A stretch of DNA of 64,000 nucleotides from an uncultured Acidobacteriota bacterium (lineage in GTDB: Bacteria > Acidobacteriota > Thermoanaerobaculia > UBA5066 > Gp7-AA6): the NCBI GenBank assembly GCA_963782815.1, contig CAWALG010000032.1, forward strand, positions 65,072-129,071, read 5' to 3'. A program made the translations under genes and the position numbers. Below, one piece after another: positions 1 through 11,510 of the stretch (position 1 is the first letter of the stretch; each line of letters starts with the position of its first letter). The notes beneath the pieces were generated by a model that saw only the letters and a list, made by a program, of their open reading frames with translations, was not told the origin of the DNA and searched no databases.

Positions 1-1028
1 TGCTCCCGGCGTTCCGCGATCGGATCGTCCCCTCCGCAGCGGACGGGCGCCAGGTCGAGCCCCTGGGCCTTCAGCGCCGTCAGCAGGTCCTTCTCCGATC
101 TCCAGCTGATCTCCCGCCGGGTCAGGTCGCACTGGTAGACATCCGCTTCCTCCTCGCCCCCGGCGAGGATCATCGGCCCGTAGACCAGGCACTCCTCCCG
201 CGAGATCGCCGTGAAGACGGTATCCAGGTGCATCGTCGAACGCGCCGGCGGAATGGCGACCACGAAGATCCGCTTGACCGGGGAGCGCAGGGCCTTGAGT
301 CTCTCGGCGAGCCGCTCGATCGTGGTCTTTTCGGTTCGCTCCGAATACCCGATCGCGAGGAGGTCGGACCGCAGGACCAGCACGTCTCCCCCTTCGAGGG
401 TCGGGCGCATCCGCGCGTAAGAGGCCTGGGGCCCGTACTCCGCGGAGAACTCGTCAAACCAGAAGGCGCCGCCGGGGCGCGCGAAACGGGGGTGGTACTG
501 GAAGACATATCCGGACAGGAGCGGTTCCCGGGCCCGAGCCGGAGTCGCCATCGAGCAGCGAATGGCGCGATCTCCGACAACCACGAGCGGGTCCCGCTGG
601 AAGAGGTAGTTGGGGGCCGGCGGAAGCCAGTACAGCTCGGAGGAGGACTGCGCCTCCTCCCGCGCGGGCTTTTCGATTCCGGTGATGAGGGCCGAGGCGA
701 GCTCCCGGGCGGGGAGTTCGCGGAGCCTGTGGTCCATGTCCGGTCCCCAGCGGAGCGACGCGGCGAGGTCCTCCAGAACCGCATCGCGTTGCTCCGGGAC
801 GTCGAGGACGTCCGCGAGCAGCTGCTGGGCTTCCAGGACCTCCTCGGCGACGAAGCCCAGGACCTGCTGGAAACGCCGGTGCTCCTCGCGCGCCCGCGCG
901 CCGAAGAGGATGTCGTCGAAGAGAGACTCCTCCATCATGGCGGGGATCATCCGGTCGATCTCCGGCCCCGGAAGATGCACGAGGATCGAGGAGAGCTTCC
1001 CGACCTCGGAGTTGACACGCAATGTCAT
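1..1028 (-). CDS. arcA: arginine deiminase, N-terminal ~342 codons (3' end runs off the left edge)
   Basis: Own translation of the minus strand from ATG 1028: MTLRVNSEVGKLSSILVHLPGPEIDRM...EGGDVLVL...STMHLDTVFT. ADI-type N-terminus and MHLDT motif. Open to the window edge, so absent from the ORF track. Confidence 0.8.
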   Translation of the reverse strand, partial: MTLRVNSEVGKLSSILVHLPGPEIDRMIPAMMEESLFDDILFGARAREEHRRFQQVLGFVAEEVLEAQQLLADVLDVPEQRDAVLEDLAASLRWGPDMDHRLRELPARELASALITGIEKPAREEAQSSSELYWLPPAPNYLFQRDPLVVVGDRAIRCSMATPARAREPLLSGYVFQYHPRFARPGGAFWFDEFSAEYGPQASYARMRPTLEGGDVLVLRSDLLAIGYSERTEKTTIERLAERLKALRSPVKRIFVVAIPPARSTMHLDTVFTAISREECLVYGPMILAGGEEEADVYQCDLTRREISWRSEKDLLTALKAQGLDLAPVRCGGDDPIAERRE

Positions 1029-1068
1029 AGGTGCCCGAAGGGGCGGGAGATTCTACCAGCGCGGGAGC

Positions 1069-2151
1069 CTACGTCGGGGGGAGGAGCGACGGCAGATCGG
1101 GCATCTCCGTCTCGAGCTTCTCGGCGGCGCCTTCCGCGATCCCCTCCAGCCTCGCGCCGAAGCGGCCCACGGCTTTCGTGGCCTCCTCGTACTGCTTCTG
1201 GGCGTTGGAGAGGTGGGCGCCGACCTTTTCGAACGGGGTCTCCACCCGCTCCCAGAGACGCGCCAGGTCCGACAGCTTCTCCTGGACATCGCGCGCACCC
1301 TGCTGTAACTCGAGACCTCGCAGGCCCATCGCGACGGTGGCCAGATAGGCGTAGAGAAGCCGGGGAGAGACCGGCACCACGCGCTGCTCGATGGCGTAGT
1401 CGGCGAGCGCGCCTTTCTCTCCGTCGCCGGCCACCTCGAAGTAGACGGCTTCGGCGGGGACGTACATGAGCGCGAAATCGTAGGTGCCGCATTCCGGGCG
1501 GATGTACTTGGCCCGGATCGCATCGACGTGGCGGCGGACGTCCGCCTGGAAGTCGCGCAACGCCTTCTTTCGCTCGCTCTCGTCGGCGGCTTCGCGGGCG
1601 CGCCGGTAGTTGTCCAGCGGGAACTTGCTGTCCACGGAGACGAACCGCTCCCCGACGAAGACCGCGGCGTCCACGGTCACGCCGTCGGGAAAACGGTATT
1701 GCATCTTCCAGCAGCTCGCCGGCAACACCTGCGCGAGCGCCTGCTCGAGGAACGTCTCGCCGAGCGTCCCGCGCAGCTTGGGTGGCTTGAGCAGGTCCTC
1801 CAGCCGCGTCACGTTGCCCGCGAGTTGCTCGATCTTCTGGGAAGCCTCGAAGACCCGGCCCATCTGCTCCCCGACGTCCTTCATCAGCTTGCCCGACTCC
1901 CCCAGATGCTCGGTCAGGCCCTTCTGCCCGTCCGACAGGCTCTGCTCGACGCCGCGAACGCGCTCTTCGACGGACCGGCGGAACTCGTCGAAACGGCGGT
2001 CTACGGATTCGGAAGCCTCGCGCGCCCTGGCCGCCTCCGCCAGCAGCCGGTCGAAGCGCCCCGACGCCCGGGCTCGCACGAAGAGCGCGACCGCGCCGGC
2101 GACCGCGACGAGAGCCAGGGCGATCAGCGCGAGGGCCGCCGATGAGGACAT
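1069..2151 (-). CDS. rmuC: DNA recombination protein RmuC
   Basis: Intact 360-aa ORF. N-terminal TM helix and coiled coil, then an RmuC-type C-terminal region (YDFALMYVPAEAVYFE, VVPVSPRLLYAYL). Confidence 0.85.
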   Translation of the reverse strand: MSSSAALALIALALVAVAGAVALFVRARASGRFDRLLAEAARAREASESVDRRFDEFRRSVEERVRGVEQSLSDGQKGLTEHLGESGKLMKDVGEQMGRVFEASQKIEQLAGNVTRLEDLLKPPKLRGTLGETFLEQALAQVLPASCWKMQYRFPDGVTVDAAVFVGERFVSVDSKFPLDNYRRAREAADESERKKALRDFQADVRRHVDAIRAKYIRPECGTYDFALMYVPAEAVYFEVAGDGEKGALADYAIEQRVVPVSPRLLYAYLATVAMGLRGLELQQGARDVQEKLSDLARLWERVETPFEKVGAHLSNAQKQYEEATKAVGRFGARLEGIAEGAAEKLETEMPDLPSLLPPT

Positions 2152-2229
2152 CGTTGGCCAGAGTAGCAGCCGGCCCCGGACAAACCATGTCCTACCCTCG
2201 CCGTCGGGACGACTCGCAAACGGCGATCG

Positions 2230-2514
2230 TTATCCGCGTCGGCCGGAGATGAGGACGACGACCGCCACGAAGAGGGCCGCGCCGACGACGGACCAGACGA
2301 AGGGGAATTGCGCTCCGCCGTCGAGGTGGATCATCAATGGCTCCGGCAGGCCCGCCTTGCGGGCGATCCAGGAGCCGAGAATCCCGCCGATGAAACCGAG
2401 GGCGATCGAGACGAGGCAACCTCCGCTCGTCCCGCCGGCGATGGCGCGGCCGATGCCGCCGGCGACCGCCGCGATCAGGAGATAGATGAGGAGGGTCCAG
2501 AGGGTGAATTCCAT
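2230..2514 (-). CDS. GlsB/YeaQ/YmgE family small membrane protein
   Basis: ORF 2230..2577 with the start moved to MEFTLW (ATG 2514). About 94 aa, Gly-rich TM helices (GGIGRAIAGG, GFIGGILGSWI). Confidence 0.7.
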   Translation of the reverse strand: MEFTLWTLLIYLLIAAVAGGIGRAIAGGTSGGCLVSIALGFIGGILGSWIARKAGLPEPLMIHLDGGAQFPFVWSVVGAALFVAVVVLISGRRG

Positions 2515-2552
2515 TGCGGCACCTCCCGGGCGCCGGGTTTCCCGCGCGCCCT

Positions 2553-2777
2553 GTGCGAGAATACTTCGGAGACGCAACCGCCGTGCCAGACCTTCCGCCC
2601 CGCAAGCCCCTGCCGGAGGACGAGCGCGAAGAGGTCGACTACCTGATCTGCCGGCAGTGCAACAGCCCGTGCTACGTCTTCGAGATGGACAGGGGCCAGA
2701 TCCTGGAGGCGCAGTGCACGATGTGCGGCAACGACGACATCCTCCTCTTCAACATCGCCGAGGAAGAGCATGAGTGA
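2553..2777 (+). CDS. small zinc-ribbon-like protein (hypothetical)
   Basis: ORF 2514..2777 has two CxxC pairs (CRQC ... CTMC). Its TGA overlaps the purB ATG (ATGAGTGA). Start uncertain: GTG 2553 or 2583. Confidence 0.4.
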   Translation: MREYFGDATAVPDLPPRKPLPEDEREEVDYLICRQCNSPCYVFEMDRGQILEAQCTMCGNDDILLFNIAEEEHE

Positions 2778-4204
2778 CGTCGAGACCTACTCCAACCCGC
2801 TCCTCGAACGGTACGCCTCGGCGGAGATGGCGCGGATCTTCTCCGCTCGCTTCAAATTCGAGACCTGGCGCCGCCTCTGGCTCTGGCTCGCGGAGGAGGA
2901 GAAGCGCCTCGGTCTGCCGATCCCGGAACAGGCGCTGGCCCAGATGCGGAGCGCAGCCTCGGGCAGATCGACTTCGAGGCGGCGGCCCGCGAGGAGGAGA
3001 AGACGCGGCACGACGTGATGGCCCACGTCCGGGTCTTCGGGTTCGCCGCGCCGGCCGCGAAGGGAATCATCCACTGGGGAGCGACCTCCGCCTTCGTCGC
3101 CGACAACGGCGACCTGATCCAGATGCGCGAGGCGCTCTCGCTCTCGGAGAGACGCCTCGTGGAGGTCCTGAAGCGCCTGCGCGCGTTCGCGCTCGCGCAC
3201 CGCGACCTGCCGGTCCTGGCCTACACGCATTTCCAGCCGGCGCAGCCCACGACGGCCGGAAAGCGGCGCGGCGATGTGGAGCGCGGACCTTCTCTTCGAC
3301 CTGGAGGCGATCCGCGCCGCGCGCGCGAACCTCCGGTTCCTGGGAGCCAAGGGAGCCACCGGCACGCAGGCGTCCTTCCTGTCCCTCTTCGACGGAGACT
3401 CGTCCCGGGTCGAGGAGCTCGACCGCGCCCTCGCGGCCCGGGCGGGCTTCGAGAAACGCGTCGCCGTCTCGGGACAGACCTACTCGCGAAAGCAGGACGA
3501 CATGGTCCTGCACGCCCTCTCCGGCCTCGCCCAATCGGCGCACAAGATCGCGACGGACCTGCGCCTGCTCCAGCACGACGGCGAGATCGAGGAGCCCTCG
3601 GAGAGCTCTCAGGTGGGCTCCTCCGCCATGCCGCACAAGAAGAACCCGATGCGCGCCGAGAGGATCTGCGCCCTCGCGCGCCACGTCATCGCCCTCTCGC
3701 TCGACACGGCCATGACCGCCTCGACGCAATGGCTCGAGCGGAGTCTCGACGATTCCGCCAACAAGCGCATCGCGCGTGCCCGAGGCGTTCCTCGCCGCCG
3801 ACGCGATCCTGGTGCTGCTCGCCAACGTCGCGGGGGGCCTCGTCGTGCGCCCGGAGGTCTGCCGGCGCCGCCTGGAGGCGGAGCTGCCGTTCCTCGCGAC
3901 GGAGGAGATCCTGATGGAGGCGGTGCGCCGCGGCGGCGACCGCCAGCAACTGCACGAGCGCTGCGCCTCCTGGCCCGCGCCTCCTCGGAGAAGCGGGCGC
4001 GGGACGGCGAGCCGGCCGACCTGCTCGAGCGGATCGCGAGCGATCCCGTGTTCGGGTTGACCCGGGAAGAGATCGCCGCGGCGGCCAGTCCCGGCAGAGC
4101 TCGTCGGCCGCGCCGCCGAGCAGGTGGAGATCTTCATCCGGGAGGAGCTCGACCCCGCCCTGGAAGGCGCCGCCCACCTCGAGCCGGCGGCGATTCGAGT
4201 TTGA
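2770..4204 (+). CDS. purB: adenylosuccinate lyase, reading frame interrupted about 5 times
   Basis: Segments lie in different frames: [75 protein letters not shown]. Frame changes near 2950, 3260, 3775, 3960 and 4090. Confidence 0.85.
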
Positions 4205-4882
4205 GAACCGGAGCCCGCAGCCGGCGTCTCTTCCTCGCGTTTCTCCTCGGCGTCTCGGTCGCCTGCGCCTCTTCCCGGCCCCCGTCGACGCCCTCCGCCG
4301 GGGCCGCCGGGCCGCCGCCGGTCTCCCCTTCCGAATGGTCGGAGGAGGGCATCGCCTCCTGGTACGGCGGCGACGACGGCTTCGAAGGAAAGCCCACGGC
4401 CTCGGGCGAGATCTACGACTCCTCGCTCCTGACCGCGGCCCACCGGGAGCTGCCGCTGGGAAGCCTCGTCGAAGTCTGGATGCGTCGAGAACGGAAAGAG
4501 CGTCCGCGTGAGGATCAACGACCGCGGACCCTTCATCAAGGGGCGCATCATCGACCTCTCGCGGGCGGCCGCCGGCAGGCTCGACCTGATCGGTCCCGGC
4601 ACGGGCCGCGTGCGGCTGTCGGTGCTCAAACGCGCAGCGGAGCCGCCGCCCGTCTCGCCGTCGGGCCTCTGGGCGGTCCAGATCGGCTCCTTCGCGGACG
4701 CGGCCAACGCGCGCCGCCAGGCCGAGAGAGCGCGCGCGACCGGACGTTCCGTGTCTCTCGAGCCGTACAACGGCCTGACCCGCGTCAAGGTGGGGTCTTA
4801 CGGCTCCCGCGACGAAGCGCGGGATGTTCTCGCCTCTCTCGAGCAGCAGGGATTCGAGGGGATCCTGGTTCCGGCCAGATGA
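4201..4882 (+). CDS. rlpA: septal ring lytic transglycosylase RlpA family lipoprotein with SPOR domain (one frame change)
   Basis: Lipobox-like LLGVSVAC and DPBB core (GIASWYGG..GKPTASGEIYD..TAAHRELPLGS). After a shift near 4490: RINDRGPFIKGRIIDLS. C-terminal SPOR (WAVQIGSFADAANARR). TTG start overlaps the purB stop. Confidence 0.8.
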
Positions 4883-5347
4883 TGTTGAGTCTCGACCTGA
4901 AGCGCCTCCTCGCCTACGACGACTGGGCCAACCGGGAGACGCTCGTGTCGTTGGAGGCGATCGACTCCCCGCCGCCGAGATCGGTCAGACTCCTGGGCCA
5001 TATCGTCGGCGCGGAACAACTCTGGTACGGGACGGCTCAGGGGCGACAAGCCCGGCCCCGTGTGGCCGGAACTCTCCCTGGCCGAGTGCCGCGGAGCCTT
5101 CGACGGGCTCTCACTCCTCCGGGCGGATTATCTGCATGCCCTGACACCCCCCGATCTCGACAAGACCGTGCCCTACGTCAACTCGAAGGGGGAACCGTGG
5201 ACGAGCAGGGTCGGAGACATCCTGACGCACGTCGTCCTCCACTCCTCTCACCATCGCGGCCAGATCGCGAGCGACATCCGGGCGGCCGGCCACGAGCCCC
5301 CCTACACCGACTACATCCACGCCGTCCGCCGAGGCTTCCTGAAGTAG
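4879..5347 (+). CDS. DinB family protein (one frame change)
   Basis: LLAYDDWANRETL in one frame, then ILTHVVLHSSHHRGQI in ORF 5060..5347. ATG overlaps the rlpA stop (ATGA). Confidence 0.7.
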
Positions 5348-5386
5348 CCTCCCCCTCTCCCCCGGGAGAGGGACGGGGTGAGGGCG
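5348..5386. repeat. GC-rich REP-like palindromic element, copy 1 (reverse orientation)
   Basis: cctccccctctcccccgggagagggacggggtgagggcg. CCCTCTCCC/GGGAGAGGG hairpin followed by GGGGTGAGGG. Same family as the copies at 9405, 9806, 15224 and 16483. Confidence 0.85.
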
Positions 5387-5444
5387 CAGTGTCGCCCCGC
5401 TTGCTCCGGTCTCCGGAGCGCCCGATGAGAGAATCCCGACCCTC

Positions 5445-6379
5445 ATGGAGACCCTGACCTCCTTCGCGATCGAGAGCCGCGGCCTCGTCAAGCGCTACGG
5501 TGACGTCACGGCCGTGGACGGCCTCGATCTGGCGGTGCGCGCCGGGGAGTGCTTCGGCCTCCTCGGGCCCAACGGCGCGGGCAAGACGACGACGATCGAG
5601 ATCCTGGAGGGCTTGAACAGGCCCGACGCGGGTCAGGTCACCGTGCTCGGGCGGCGCTGGGGGACGCACGAGAGGGAGCTGCGGGAGCGCCTCGGCGTCT
5701 CGCTGCAGGAGAGCCGCTTCCACGACAAGCTCACCGTCTTCGAGACGCTCCGCCTCTTCCGCTCGTTCTACCGTGAGGGACGCGACCCCGAGGAGGCGAT
5801 GCGCGACATGTCGCTCGAAGAGAAGCGCGACGCGCGCGTCGGGAAGCTCTCCGGCGGCCAGCGCCAGAGGCTCGCCGTCGCCTGCGCGCTGACGGGAAAC
5901 CCGGAGATCCTCTTCCTCGACGAGCCGACGACGGGCGCTCGACCCGCAGAGCCGGCGCCAGCTCTGGGAGCACATCCGCGCCTTTCGCGCGCGCGGCGGG
6001 ACCGTTCTCCTGACGACCCACTACATGGAAGAGGCGGAGCAGCTCTGCGACCGGGTGGCCGATCGTGGACCACGGCAGGACGATCGGCGAGGGAAGCCCT
6101 GCGGAGCTCATCGGCCGCCTCCACGCGCCCAACATCCTGGAGTTCTCCTCCGATCCGCCGGCCGGCCCCGATCTCGTCGCCGGCATTCCGGGCGCCTTCG
6201 ACCCGAGGCAGCACGGGAGCCGCTGGTCGGTCTGCGTGTCTTCGCTCGTCGAGGCGGTTCCGGCGCTGCTTCTGGCTCTCGAACGCTCCGGCGCGAAGCT
6301 CGAGGAGCTCTCGACGCGCCGGGCAACGCTCGAAGACGTGTTCCTCGCCCTGACCGGCCGCGAGCTGCGCGATGAGTAG
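5445..6379 (+). CDS. ABC transporter ATP-binding protein (two frame changes)
   Basis: Walker [10 protein letters not shown], signature LSGGQRQRL, Walker B ILFLDEPT. Shifts near 5935 and 6060. C-terminus is in ORF 6065..6379. Confidence 0.85.
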
Positions 6380-7421
6380 CTCCCGGAGGCTCCATCCGCT
6401 GACGGAGCTCGCGCGGGCCCGGCTTCTCGAGTTCCTCCGCGAGCCGGAGGCGACGTTCTGGGTGTTCATCTTCCCCATCGGGATGGCGCTCGCCCTGGGC
6501 TTCGCCTTTCGGGACAAGGCGCCCGAGCCGGTCGCCGTGGGCATCACCGGCCAGGCGCAGACGAGCGTCCTGCGGGAGGCGATGACGCGCTCGGCGCTCC
6601 TGAAGCCGCGGCTCTTCTCCTCGTTGTCCGAGGGGCGGGCGGCCCTGCGGACCGGGAAGATCGCGCTCCTGATCGAGAACGGCTCCTCGATCGTCTACTG
6701 GTACGACCCGACCCGCCCCGATTCGCGGCTGGCCCGGTTCGAGGTGGACAAGGCCGTGCAGGAGGCGGCCGGCCGCAGGGACGCGGCGCCGGTCCGGGAC
6801 GAGCTCGTCAGCGAGAAGGGTTCGCGCTACATCGATTTCCTGATGCCGGGGCTCCTCGGCTTGAACCTCCTCTCGACGAGCGTGTGGGGCATCGGCTACT
6901 CGATCGTCAACGCCCGGATCAAGAAGACCCTGAAGCTCATGACGGCGACGCCGATGAGGCGGTCCGACTTCCTGCTGGCGCAGATGCTGTCGCGCTTCGT
7001 CCTCCTCGCCCTGGAGGCCGCCGTCATCGTCGCCTTCGGCATGCTCGTCTTCCAGGTGCCGCTGCGGGGCTCGCCGGCGGCGCTCGCCCTGCTCTGCGTC
7101 GTCTGCGGGCTCTCCTTCGGCGGGTCTCGGGCTCCTCTGCGGGTCGCGCGTCCAGACCCTCGAAGGCGTCAACGGCCTGATCAACCTGATCCTCGTCCCG
7201 ATGTGGCTCTTCTCCGGCGTCTTCTTCTCGCCGGAGCGGTTCCCGAAGGCGCTCCAGGCTCCGCGATCCAGGCGCTGCCTCTGACGGCGGCCAACGAGGC
7301 GCTGCGCGCCGTCATGCTGGAAGGGAGGAGCCTCGCGACCCTCCCGTCGCAGCTGGCGATCCTGGCCGTGTGGGGCATCGTCAGCTACGTGATCGCATTG
7401 AAGATCTTCCGCTGGCAGTAG
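6372..7421 (+). CDS. ABC-2 type transporter permease
   Basis: 349-aa ORF overlapping the ATPase stop, with multiple TM helices. The segment ~7125-7255 reads out of frame (compensating indels). Confidence 0.7.
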   Translation: MSSSRRLHPLTELARARLLEFLREPEATFWVFIFPIGMALALGFAFRDKAPEPVAVGITGQAQTSVLREAMTRSALLKPRLFSSLSEGRAALRTGKIALLIENGSSIVYWYDPTRPDSRLARFEVDKAVQEAAGRRDAAPVRDELVSEKGSRYIDFLMPGLLGLNLLSTSVWGIGYSIVNARIKKTLKLMTATPMRRSDFLLAQMLSRFVLLALEAAVIVAFGMLVFQVPLRGSPAALALLCVVCGLSFGGSRAPLRVARPDPRRRQRPDQPDPRPDVALLRRLLLAGAVPEGAPGSAIQALPLTAANEALRAVMLEGRSLATLPSQLAILAVWGIVSYVIALKIFRWQ

Positions 7422-7431
7422 GAGGAGAGCG

Positions 7432-8427
<996 letters not shown>

Positions 8428-8444
<17 letters not shown>

Positions 8445-9403
8445 GCCGCCCTCGCTCGAAGACATCCGGGCCGCCCGGGAGCGCCTCTTCGCGGGGGGGC
8501 TCGCGCTCCGGACTCCGCTGCGTTCGGCTGAACATCGACGACGGTCCGGCGGAGATCTGGCTCAAGCTCGAGAACCTCCAGCCGATCGGCTCCTTCAAGG
8601 TGCGCGGCGCGGGCAACGCGATGAGTCTCGCGCCGCGCGAAGCCCTCGCGAAGGGCGTCTACACGGCGAGCGCCGGCAACATGGCGCAGGGGGTGGCCTG
8701 GAACGCGCGGCGGCTCGGCGTCCCCGCGACCGTCGTCGTTCCCGAGCACGCCCCGCAGACCAAGCTCGCGGCGATCGAGCGGCTGGGAGCGAAGGCGGTC
8801 AAGCTCCCCTTCGCGCGCTGGTGGCAGGTGCTCGAGGACCACGGCTATCCCGGCATCGAGGGCCTCTTCGTCCATCCGGTCAGCGATCCCGCGGTCATCG
8901 CCGGCAACGGAACGATCGGCCTCGAGATCCTGGAGGACCTGCCCGACGTGGATGCCGTCGTCGTGCCCTTCGGCGGAGGCGGCCTCTCCTGCGGCATCGC
9001 GACGGCGCTGCGAGCGCTCTGCGCTCCGAGACGCGCGTCTTCGCCTCCGAGGTCGAGACGGCGGCGCCCTTCGCGGCGTCGCTCGCCGCCGGCAGGCCCG
9101 TCGCCGTCGATCACACGCCGAGCTTCGTGGACGGCATCGGCGGCAAGTCGCATGCTCCCGGAGATGTGGCCTCTCGCCAGTCAGCTCCTCGCCGGATCGC
9201 TCGTCGTCTCCGTCGCCCGGGCCGCCGCCGCCGTCCGCCTCCTCGCCGAGCGGAACCGCGTCATCGCCGAAGGCGCCGGCGCCACGTCGGTCGCCGCCGC
9301 CCTCACCGGCAAGGCCGGCGCCGGCAAGGTCGTCTGCGTCGTCTCCGGCGGCAACATCGACCCCGCGAAGCTCGCGAAGATCCTGAACGGAGAGATCCCG
9401 TAG
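8428..9403 (+). CDS. PLP-dependent threonine dehydratase/serine racemase-like enzyme (about 3 frame changes, start unresolved)
   Basis: LENLQPIGSFKVRGAGN (PLP-lysine motif), VVPFGGGGLSCG, VCVVSGGNID. No recognisable start codon; the frame is open back into the 3' end of the upstream gene. Confidence 0.7.
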
Positions 9404-9404
9404 T

Positions 9405-9454
9405 CCCTCCCCTCTCCACCCGCGAGCGGGGGGAGAGGGTCAGGGTGAGGGGGG
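9405..9454. repeat. GC-rich REP-like palindromic element, copy 2 (reverse orientation)
   Basis: ccctcccctctccacccgcgagcggggggagagggtcagggtgagggggg. Overlaps the last codons and stop of the DUF559 gene. Confidence 0.8.
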
Positions 9455-9786
9455 CGAATCTCTCAACGCTTTCAGGATGGTGTTCAGCACCCCCTGGAAG
9501 TTTCCCAGAACGTCGTTATTCCAGAACCGAAGGACCCGAATGCCGCGCCTCGTTCCAGACTTCAGCAGTTCGCACCCGGTCGTAGTCGGTTTGGTCCTCC
9601 AGAGCGTGACCGCCCCCATCGAGCTCGATCGCGAGGCGAGCAATCGTCGCAATAGAAGTCAACGATGTACTCTCCGATGGGGTGCTGGCGCCGGAACTTG
9701 GCCCCTGCGATTTGTCGAGTCACGCAGGCGAGCGCCAGAGTCTTGCTTTCAGCGGTTCGTGGCGCGCTCTCTGAACTCGCGAGCAC
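9440..9786 (-). CDS. DUF559 (Vsr-like) endonuclease domain protein (two frame changes)
   Basis: KFRRQHPIGEYIVDFYC, LAIELDGGGH, IRVLRFWNNDVLGNFQGVL in three frames. Bracketed by inverted REP-like copies. Confidence 0.7.
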
Positions 9787-9805
9787 GTACCACCTTGAGA
9801 GGGCG

Positions 9806-9840
9806 CCCCTCACCCCCGCCCTCTCCCGCCGGAGAGGGGG
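9806..9840. repeat. GC-rich REP-like palindromic element, copy 3 (forward orientation)
   Basis: cccctcacccccgccctctcccgccggagaggggg, inverted relative to copy 2. Confidence 0.85.
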
Positions 9841-9851
9841 AAGATTCCGCC

Positions 9852-11509
9852 TCAGACGGTCTCGAGGTAGCGGTGGACCATGCTGACGGTGCCGGAGCCT
9901 TCTCCGACGGCCGCCGCGACGCGCTTGCCCGAGCCGCCGCGCACGTCGCCGGCGGCGAAGATCCCGGGGACGCTCGTCTCGAAGATGTACGGGTCGCGGT
10001 CGAGCGTCCAGCCGCGCGGCCGCCGGTCCGCCCGCGGCAGGTCGGGCCCGGTCAGCACGTAGCCCTTCTCGTCGAGCTCGATGGTATCCGCGACCATCTC
10101 GGTTCGCGGCTTCGCGCCGATGAAGATGAACATCGCCGCCGCGTCGAGGGCGCGCTCTTCCGCGGTCTCGACGTGGCGGACCGACACGCGCTCGAGCCTT
10201 CCTGATCCGGCGACCTGCGTCGACCTCCACGCTCGTCACGACCTCGATGTTCGGCGTCGCCGCGATGCGGTCCACGAGGTACCGCGACAGGGACTTGCCC
10301 AGGGACTCGCCGCGGACGAGCAGGGTCACGCGCCGCGCGTAGCGGGAAAAGAAGAGGGCGCCCTGGCCGGCCGAGTTTCCCGCGCCCACGATGCACACGT
10401 CCTGGCCGCGGTAGGTCGCGGCCTCGGTCATGGCGGCGCCGTAGTAGACGCCGATGCCGAGGAGCGGCGCCATGCCGGGCACGTCCAGCGTCCGCACGGA
10501 GACGCCCGTCGCCAGGATCACCGCGTAGCAGGAGATGTCCGTCCCGTCCGCGAGCCGGACGATGCGGTAGGGATCTTCGCGGCGCACCGCGACCGTTTCC
10601 TGCGCGAGGATCTCGGCGCCGAAGCGGCGCGCCTGCGTCGCGGCGCGGCGCGCGAGGTCGGCGCCGGAGACGCCCGAAGGGAACCCGAGGTAGTTCTCGA
10701 TCAGGGAGCTCGTGCCCGCCTGGCCTCCCGGAGCCCTGTGCTCGACGAGGAGCGTGCGCAAGCCCCTCCGAGGCGCCGTACACCGCGGCGGCCAGCCCCG
10801 CCGGGCCCGCGCCGACGATGACCAGATCGTAGAAGGGCCGGCTCGCCCGCGTCTGCATCCCGCATTTTTCGGCCAGCTCGCGGTCGCTCGGCGCGACGAG
10901 GCGGCTGCCGTCGGGAAAGAGGAGGACCGGCAGCCGGCTCGCGTCTCCGATGGAGCCGATCAGCTCCCTCGTCGGCGCGTCCTGGTCCACGTCGATCCAC
11001 TGGTAGGGAACCTGGTTGCTCGAGAGGAACTCCTTGACCGCGTAGCTCCTCGGCGAGGAGCGCGCGCCGGCGACCCGGATGCCGTCGTAGGGAAGGCGCG
11101 CCTTCGCCTTCCAGTCCGACAGCAGGTCGTCCAGGACCGGATAGAGGCGCTCTTCCGGAGGATCCCAGGGCTTCAGGAGGTAGTGATCGAGGCCCACGTC
11201 GTTGATGCCGGAGATCGCGGCCTGCGTGTCGGCATAGGCCGTCAGGAGGACCCGGCGCGACTCCGGGAAGAGCTTGAGCGCCTCGCGCAGGAACTCCGTG
11301 CCGGACATCTCGGGCATCCGCTCGTCCACGAGGAAGAGCGCGACGGGAGTGCCGCGCTGCTTCAGCTGCCGGGCGGCCTCGAGGGCTTCGCGGCCGGAGC
11401 CGGCCTTGAGCACCCGGTAGTCGCTGCGGTAGTGCTGGCGCAGGTCGCGCTCGACCGCGCTCAACACCTCCGGGTCGTCGTCGACGGCCAGAATTACCGG
11501 TCTGACCAC
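9852..11509 (-). CDS. fused response regulator / thioredoxin-disulfide reductase-like FAD oxidoreductase (two frame changes)
   Basis: Receiver domain (ILAVDDDPEVL, LFLVDERMPEMSG, KPW), then DLVIVGAGPAGLAAA, CIVGAGNSAGQ, IFAAGDVR. Shifts near 10755 and 10195. Confidence 0.85.
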
Positions 11510-11510
11510 G

